32,000 nucleotides of DNA from Telmatocola sphagniphila. GTDB lineage: Bacteria; Planctomycetota; Planctomycetia; Gemmatales; Gemmataceae. The stretch spans positions 5,640,001-5,672,000 of the forward strand of contig NZ_CP074694.1 of assembly GCF_018398935.1 (NCBI RefSeq). Direction: 5' to 3'. Both the position numbers and the translations under genes were made by a program. The notes beneath the pieces were generated by a model that was not told where the DNA came from, did no database searches, and saw only the letters and a program-made list of their open reading frames with translations. How positions within the stretch are numbered: the stretch's first letter is position 1; each line of letters begins with the position of its first letter. This document shows, piece after piece, positions 27,362 to 32,000 of the stretch.

Positions 27362-27939
27362 GGCGTTATGGTGTTCTCTGCGTGATTATGATGGCAGGCT
27401 CGGAAACACAACTTGCGAATTTATCGGAGCTTTTGAAGCCGCACTGCGTTCGGCTTATCAAAGTTATACGTTAACGCGCCTTCCGATTTCGATTGCCTTT
27501 AACCGAGTTTGGCTCGTTTCGTACGGCCTTAATGGTACTGCTAAAGGAAGAACATCTTCCTCGGCTTCCTCGAAGCGCGATGATTTGCTGTTACCGTTTG
27601 TATTAACGATAATACAAGTCGGGTGAGCCCTATTGATTTGGTCCTGAACACTCTACCTAAATTCCTGGCATTTTTGCGACATAATCTATGAGTGAGTGAA
27701 ACTTAGCTTTCGCTGCTTTCGGTTTACTTCACCCGCAGCTCCCCTCCGAAAGGCACTCGTCGTCTGATTTAGCAGTTTGGCGATACTCGAATCGCCCTAA
27801 TGGCTATCCCATTGGAGCCCTATAAATCTTCTCTAAATTTCCGCCCTTTTTGCGTCATTACCCTTGAGAGAAGTCTAGCTTTGGCTTCTTTCCAATGGGC
27901 CTCACTTGGGGCTTCACCTTACCCCTTTTCAACACAAGA

Positions 27940-27962
27940 CAACCACCGATCCTCGGCGGTTG
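27940..27962 (+). promoter_or_regulatory. Imperfect GC-rich hairpin followed by a T-rich tract, just upstream of the first small ORF of the RavA/ViaA cassette
   Basis: CAACCACCGA-tcc-TCGGCGGTTG forms a 10-bp stem with one mismatch. It is followed by TTTCGTTTC, then GGAG at 27973-27976 and the ATG at 27984. It could be a leader or attenuator, or the terminator of an upstream transcript. Confidence 0.25.
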
Positions 27963-27983
27963 TTTCGTTTCTGGAGACAACTC

Positions 27984-28265
27984 ATGCTAATTTCGATGTC
28001 CGTTCCCGTTTCTATTCCTGTGCTGTCGCTCGAAGATCGCCAGCAGGCGTTCGTGACGATTCTGCCCCTGTTGGAGACGAAGGCTCGTTTTGCCTTTCGC
28101 GATGTGCCCTCTCGGCACGATCGCGAAGACGCCGTGGCCGAAGTCGTCGTTCTGGCCTGGGAGCATTTCCGGCAATCCCGGCCCCTGCCCGCCTCTCTCT
28201 TCATTCAGCAGATTCCGCTGTTCATCGCCACCGTCCGGCAACAGCTCTCAGTTCGCCCGGTTTAA
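27984..28265 (+). CDS. Small hypothetical protein (93 aa)
   Basis: GGAG lies 7 nt upstream of the ATG and third codon positions are GC-rich. The product is MLISMSVPVSIPVLSLEDRQQAFVTILPLLETKARFAFRDVP...EDAVAEVVVLAWEHFRQS.... The EDAVAEVVVLAWEHF segment faintly resembles sigma-70 region 2, which is too weak for a call. Confidence 0.5.
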   Translation: MLISMSVPVSIPVLSLEDRQQAFVTILPLLETKARFAFRDVPSRHDREDAVAEVVVLAWEHFRQSRPLPASLFIQQIPLFIATVRQQLSVRPV

Positions 28266-28297
28266 ATCTTACCCTCTCTTCCAAAAAGGACTTTCTC

Positions 28298-28492
28298 ATG
28301 TCGCGACGCGTTTTGCTCGAAGAGTTTCATCTGTCGTTTTTGATTCTCGCCGATACGGCCGAAGCCGAAGTGCAAAGAATCCGCCGACAGCTGAATCGCT
28401 CCCGGTTCCAGGCCCTGCTCCGTAGAACTCTGCTGCATTTCTTCCGGAAGTATCGGGCTCTCGATTCAGTCGTCTTCAAACTGTCCCGGTAG
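28298..28492 (+). CDS. Small hypothetical protein (64 aa, basic, helical)
   Basis: AAGGA lies 8 nt upstream of the ATG at 28298 and codon usage looks coding. The product is MSRRVLLEEFHLSFLILADTAEAEVQRIRRQLNRSRFQALLRRTLLHFFRKYRALDSVVFKLSR. It forms the 3' part of the tracked 27800-28492 ORF, whose upstream part I reject. Confidence 0.45.
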   Translation: MSRRVLLEEFHLSFLILADTAEAEVQRIRRQLNRSRFQALLRRTLLHFFRKYRALDSVVFKLSR

Positions 28493-28566
28493 AACTGCAT
28501 CGCGGTGTCTGCCAATTTGCCTTTCTTCCTATCGCCTACTTCTCAACCTCACTCAGGAGTAATCCC

Positions 28567-29697
28567 ATGAAAACCCTCGTTCCCGACTGCGCGGCGCTCC
28601 AGGCCCATTTCGCCTTGCTGCGCTCAGAACTGGCTTCTGGCCTGATCGAACGCGACGAAGAGATCGATCTCTGCCTCACCGCTCTGATCGCCCAAGAGCA
28701 TCTGCTCTTGGTCTCGCCGCCCGGCTGTGCCAAGTCCCTACTGCTCGATTCCCTGTTGAAGGCCACCGGCGGCTCCAAGTTCTCGATCCTTTTAACCAAG
28801 TTCACCGTCCCCGAAGAAGTCTTCGGTCCGATCTCGATTCAAGGGCTCAAGGAAGACCGCTTCCAGCGGATCACCACCGGTAAACTGCCCGAAGCCGACT
28901 TCGCCTTCATCGATGAAGTCTTCAAGGCTTCCTCGGCGATCTTGAATACTCTTCTGAAGATCCTCAACGAACGGACCTTCGATGCCGGCGAAGGTTCTTT
29001 GCGCAAGGTTCCCCTGAAGCTCTGCGTGGCCGCTTCCAACGAATGGCCGGCCCCGGAGAGTACCCAGGAACTGGCCGCCCTGTTCGATCGCTTTACTCTG
29101 CGCAAGAGTCTCTCCCCGATTCGCTCGCAGTCGGGTCGGAAGAAATTGCTCTGGAATCGGGATCATACCCCGAAGATCTCGGTGCACTTGAAACCGACCG
29201 ATCTTGAAGCCGCCCGTCGTTATGCGCGGGAACTGGAATGGTCGATTCCAGCTCAGGAAGCCTTCGAGGCCATTCTCAAAGACCTGACCAAGGAAGGCAT
29301 TCAGCCGGGAGATCGCCGCCAGTTCAAAGCGGTCGGCATCGTGCAGGCGTACGCCTTCCTGCAAGGGGCCGAGCAGGTCGAACCGGAGCATCTGGAGGTG
29401 GCCGCCCACGTGCTCTGGGACGATCCCAAGGAACAACCGGCTAAAGTGGCTCAGGTCATTGCCCGGATTGCCAACCCGATCGGTATGCGGCTCAATCAGC
29501 TGCTGTTGGAAGTGGAACAGGTTCTGTCCACAACCGATGTTCGCAAGCTGCCCGAGACCGCCAAGGCCGCGGCCAAGCTCGGCGAGATCGACAAGCAGCT
29601 GAGTGAATTGAAGTCCAATGACCGGGTCACCCGAACCCGGAACTACGTTCGCGAACAGCTCCGACAACTCAAACTCGCCTCGCTGGAGGCGATCTAA
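28567..29697 (+). CDS. ravA: RavA-like MoxR-family AAA+ ATPase, short form without a LARA domain
   Basis: 376 aa with AGGAG upstream. It is collinear with my recollection of E. coli RavA. [36 protein letters not shown] matches [96 protein letters not shown] matches [81 protein letters not shown] matches [20 protein letters not shown]. Walker A at 28714-28737. Confidence 0.85.
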   Translation: [376 protein letters not shown]

Positions 29698-29713
29698 CCC
29701 CTAGGAAAAAACC

Positions 29714-31084
29714 ATGAATGCCGAAGAACTCCGTAAACTCTTCGATCTCGATCGCCCGTTACCGCCTACGGCTTCTAATGCCGAAACTTCTTCCCCTTTC
29801 CATTCCGCTCCGTCTTCAACAACTCCTTCTGCGAATCCAACGGCCCTGCAGGTCGATTCCTGGGGGCTGCGTCGGAGCAACGATCTGCTGCGGGATTCTC
29901 CCCGCTTGCAATCGTTCGCCCTGGACGAGTACGCCATCGCCGATTTTCACACGGCGGCTTTTGAACCGGAACCGCAGCTGTTGGAGGATTGCCAGGATCC
30001 GGCCCGCCGGGCCTTCCTGATGGAGCTATTCCAGACCCCGGAGTACCAAGCTCTTCACGCCGGGACCCGACTGGATGAAGTCTCCTCCGAGATCGCCACC
30101 CTGCACTTCGCCGAACAGTTCGCCGCTCTCCGGAATGCGGCTACCACGGCCGAACCCGAGATCGCCACATTAAAAGCGGTCAGCCGGGCGGTGCTGGCCG
30201 CTCGCGAAGAGGTCGACCAGTGCCGGGAAGCGATTACTGCTCTCGGCGGCGGGCTCGGTCCGGGAACGCCGGGCTCGGTCGATCCCAAAGGGATTGCTCA
30301 GCTGTTCCAGCGGGTGCGCCAGGACCCCACGTTGCGACGGATCTGCGAACTGGCCGGTCGTTATCGGCGATTGGCCCAGTCGAGCCAGCGTCGCAAATGC
30401 GCGCACGGTCAGGATGACTTGGTCGGAGTGACTACCTCAGGAGACTTGGCTCAGTTGCTGCCGCACGAGCTGGTCCGCTTGGGAATTCCCGAGTTGGAAC
30501 TGGACACCCTGCGCCGTCTGGCCGAACGGCAGTGCCTGGCCCGGGACTACCAGTCCTTGGAACCGGTGGGCAAAGGTCCGATCGTGGTGGTCATCGATGA
30601 ATCGGGCTCGATGGCTGGGGATAAAGTGCAAACGGCCAAGGCTCTAGCCTTGGCTTTGGCCTGGATCGCCCGGCAGCAGCGACGCTGGTGTGGCCTGATT
30701 GCCTACTCGGGCGATACCGGCGAACGGCTGTTGTCTTTGCCGCCGGCGCGCTGGGACGAATCGGAACTGCTCGACTGGCTGGGAGCCTTCCTCGGAGGCG
30801 GTTCGACCTTGGATGTTCCGATCGTGGAACTGCCTTGGATGGTGGAACAGCTCTGGGCTCCCCCGGGCATTACCGATGTCTTGATTCTGACCGATGCCAT
30901 CTGCTCGATTCCGCTGGAGTTGCAGCAGAAGTTCCTGGCCTGGAAGCGCTTGGTTTCGGCGCGGGTGATTTCGTTGATCTTGGCCGACACCGCGGGGGAC
31001 CTGGCGGCGTTGAGTGATGAAGTCCATCTGGTTAAATCGCTCGAAGTCACCGAGAACGCCCTTGGCTCTGTGCTGTCGATCTAG
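29714..31084 (+). CDS. viaA: ViaA-like VWA domain protein (partner of the RavA-like ATPase)
   Basis: 456 aa, starting 16 nt after the ATPase stop. LLPHELVRLGIPELELDTLRRLAERQCLARDY parallels remembered E. coli ViaA [32 protein letters not shown]. MIDAS DxSxS = DESGS at 30596-30610 within IVVVIDESGSMAGDK, then GGGSTLDV and VLILTDA. The N-terminus is Ser/Pro-rich. Confidence 0.8.
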   Translation: MNAEELRKLFDLDRPLPPTASNAETSSPFHSAPSSTTPSANPTALQVDSWGLRRSNDLLRDSPRLQSFALDEYAIADFHTAAFEPEPQLLEDCQDPARRAFLMELFQTPEYQALHAGTRLDEVSSEIATLHFAEQFAALRNAATTAEPEIATLKAVSRAVLAAREEVDQCREAITALGGGLGPGTPGSVDPKGIAQLFQRVRQDPTLRRICELAGRYRRLAQSSQRRKCAHGQDDLVGVTTSGDLAQLLPHELVRLGIPELELDTLRRLAERQCLARDYQSLEPVGKGPIVVVIDESGSMAGDKVQTAKALALALAWIARQQRRWCGLIAYSGDTGERLLSLPPARWDESELLDWLGAFLGGGSTLDVPIVELPWMVEQLWAPPGITDVLILTDAICSIPLELQQKFLAWKRLVSARVISLILADTAGDLAALSDEVHLVKSLEVTENALGSVLSI

Positions 31085-31108
31085 CCTTGTTTTTTTATTT
31101 GGTGTGAA

Positions 31109-31152
31109 AGCCTGCGGATCTTCCTTCGCAGAAGGTTCCGCGGGCTTTTTTT
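31109..31152 (+). terminator. Rho-independent terminator-like hairpin after the viaA-like gene
   Basis: AGCCTGCGGA (31109-31118) pairs with TCCGCGGGCT (31137-31146) in a 10-bp stem with one G-U wobble. An inner CTTC/GAAG stem is present. A T7 run follows immediately, ending at 31152. Confidence 0.7.
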
Positions 31153-31190
31153 CTGTTTATTTCTCAGTCTTGAAGTGAAAGGAACTCCCT

Positions 31191-32000
31191 ATGAGTGCTT
31201 TGATCAAAACCAACATTATGCCGAAGGTTACTCCGGGAGCTCGCCTCTTGGGCGAGATCATTACCTGGACCGCATCCGGGGCCAGCGTTCGGCACAGCGA
31301 CTTGATTCGAGCCCTGAAGGAAGTCGGCCTCGATGAAAGCGTGGCCCGGGAGTTAGCGCCCCGGCACGCTTTTGCCCGGGCCTGTCGCAAGCTGTCCGAA
31401 GCCCGCATCATTCGGCAGATTGCCGAAGACGAGGCCTCGATTCAATTCCAGTTTACCCAGGAATCGAAACAGGGGGACCGCTTCAGCTACGACTTCGAGA
31501 CCCTTCTGACCCTGACCAAGAAGACCGGGCAGGTGCACTGCGACAAAGGGGAATTAGCTCTATTGGCTCAGGAAGAGCTGGATCGCTGTATTGCCGTGCG
31601 GACCGGCAGCGATATCACCCGGATCGTACAGAAGCTCTTCGAACGGGAAGCCGATCTTTTCCCGATTCGGCCTCAGGGCGGAGCCTACTTCGTCCCGCAG
31701 TTGCATGCCGGCTTCATCGATCGGGTGCAGAGCTTGTTGAAGCAACTCAATGGTCAGATGCTGCGCTTCCCGGTACCGGAAGGAACTGCCAGCGGCGACG
31801 TCTCGGTCAAAGAAGCGGTCGCTTCGGGATTATCGGCTCTGATTGCCGAGCATGAGGAAGCGATTGCCTCTTTTGGCGAAGATACTCGGCCCGATACAGT
31901 AGAACGAGCCGCCGAGCGGATTCGCAACACTAAGTTCAAAGTCGAAGCCTACGCCGCTCTCTTGGCCGATCAGAAGCATCAGCTGGAACTTTCCCTCGCC
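31191..32000 (+). CDS. Hypothetical protein, 3' end outside the window (not in the supplied ORF track)
   Basis: The ATG at 31191 opens a frame that stays open to the window end (270 codons). It reads MSALIKTNIMPKVTPGARLLGEIITWTASGASVRHSDLIRALKEVGLDESVARELAPRHAFARACRKL...ADLFPIRPQGGAYFVPQLHAGFIDRVQSLL.... Third codon positions are GC-rich. I cannot confidently name a family. Confidence 0.65.
   Translation, partial: MSALIKTNIMPKVTPGARLLGEIITWTASGASVRHSDLIRALKEVGLDESVARELAPRHAFARACRKLSEARIIRQIAEDEASIQFQFTQESKQGDRFSYDFETLLTLTKKTGQVHCDKGELALLAQEELDRCIAVRTGSDITRIVQKLFEREADLFPIRPQGGAYFVPQLHAGFIDRVQSLLKQLNGQMLRFPVPEGTASGDVSVKEAVASGLSALIAEHEEAIASFGEDTRPDTVERAAERIRNTKFKVEAYAALLADQKHQLELSLA

Noticed and set aside
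27114-27626. Plus-strand ORFs of 76-88 aa (27114-27344, 27149-27385, 27360-27626)
   Set aside because: The first two are antisense to the excisionase-like frame and have low-complexity Ser/Arg-rich products. The third has no RBS, no motif and AT-rich non-coding-like composition.
26545-27983. Search for a tRNA/tmRNA gene, att-type direct repeats or an integrase remnant next to the dead excisionase-like gene
   Set aside because: I found no cloverleaf-compatible sequence (no GTTCRANYC-type T-loop in a suitable context) and no ORF with integrase motifs. I saw only small hairpins, such as CCCGT-GCAAA-ACGGG near 26725-26740. I cannot exclude an ncRNA without a covariance-model scan.
27800-28492. 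230-aa plus-strand ORF spanning both small ORFs of the RavA/ViaA cassette
   Set aside because: Its upstream two thirds (…RSRRRRGRSRRSGLGAFPAIPAPARLSLHSADSAVHRHRPATALSSPG…) look like an off-frame translation of the better-behaved 27984-28265 frame, which has a GGAG RBS. Only its last 64 codons (28298-28492) have their own RBS and coding-like composition, so I split it.
1-32000. CRISPR arrays, rRNA genes, tandem or interspersed long repeats, IS elements with terminal inverted repeats
   Set aside because: I saw none while reading both strands. The only transposition- or recombination-related trace is the decayed HTH gene at 26987-27361.

Overview
The window looks like a Planctomycetota-type chromosome segment. 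It carries the signature DUF1549/DUF1553 (PSCyt/PSD) plus DUF1501 gene pairs and a sulfatase, and sampled 60-nt lines range from about 42 to 70% GC. I found no rRNA, tRNA or CRISPR array. (i) 1-13.8 kb holds the 3' end of a sulfatase gene and two divergently transcribed PSD/DUF1501 operons. The minus-strand operon is extended by a secreted protein with two PPC-like domains and a Gfo/Idh/MocA-like oxidoreductase. (ii) 14.4-22.4 kb is a tightly packed five-gene plus-strand operon: SWIM zinc-finger protein, HEAT-repeat protein, MoxR-type AAA+ ATPase, a large DUF5682-like protein and a VWA/MIDAS protein. The DUF5682-like N-terminus carries a TraB/PrgY/Tiki-like GxxH...E...GxxH motif set. This is my best candidate for the undescribed system. 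From memory, its architecture matches the uncharacterised E. coli yehL-yehM-yehP-yehQ neighbourhood. (iii) 22.4-27.9 kb is a low-coding-density accessory stretch with ORFans, a secreted ankyrin-repeat protein and a decayed excisionase-like HTH gene with two in-frame stop codons. (iv) 27.98 kb to the window end holds a second, independent AAA+/VWA pair that is collinear with RavA/ViaA. Two small ORFs precede it. After a strong intrinsic terminator, an ORF absent from the supplied track follows and runs off the window. All family calls rest on motifs read by eye and on remembered family consensus; no searches were run.
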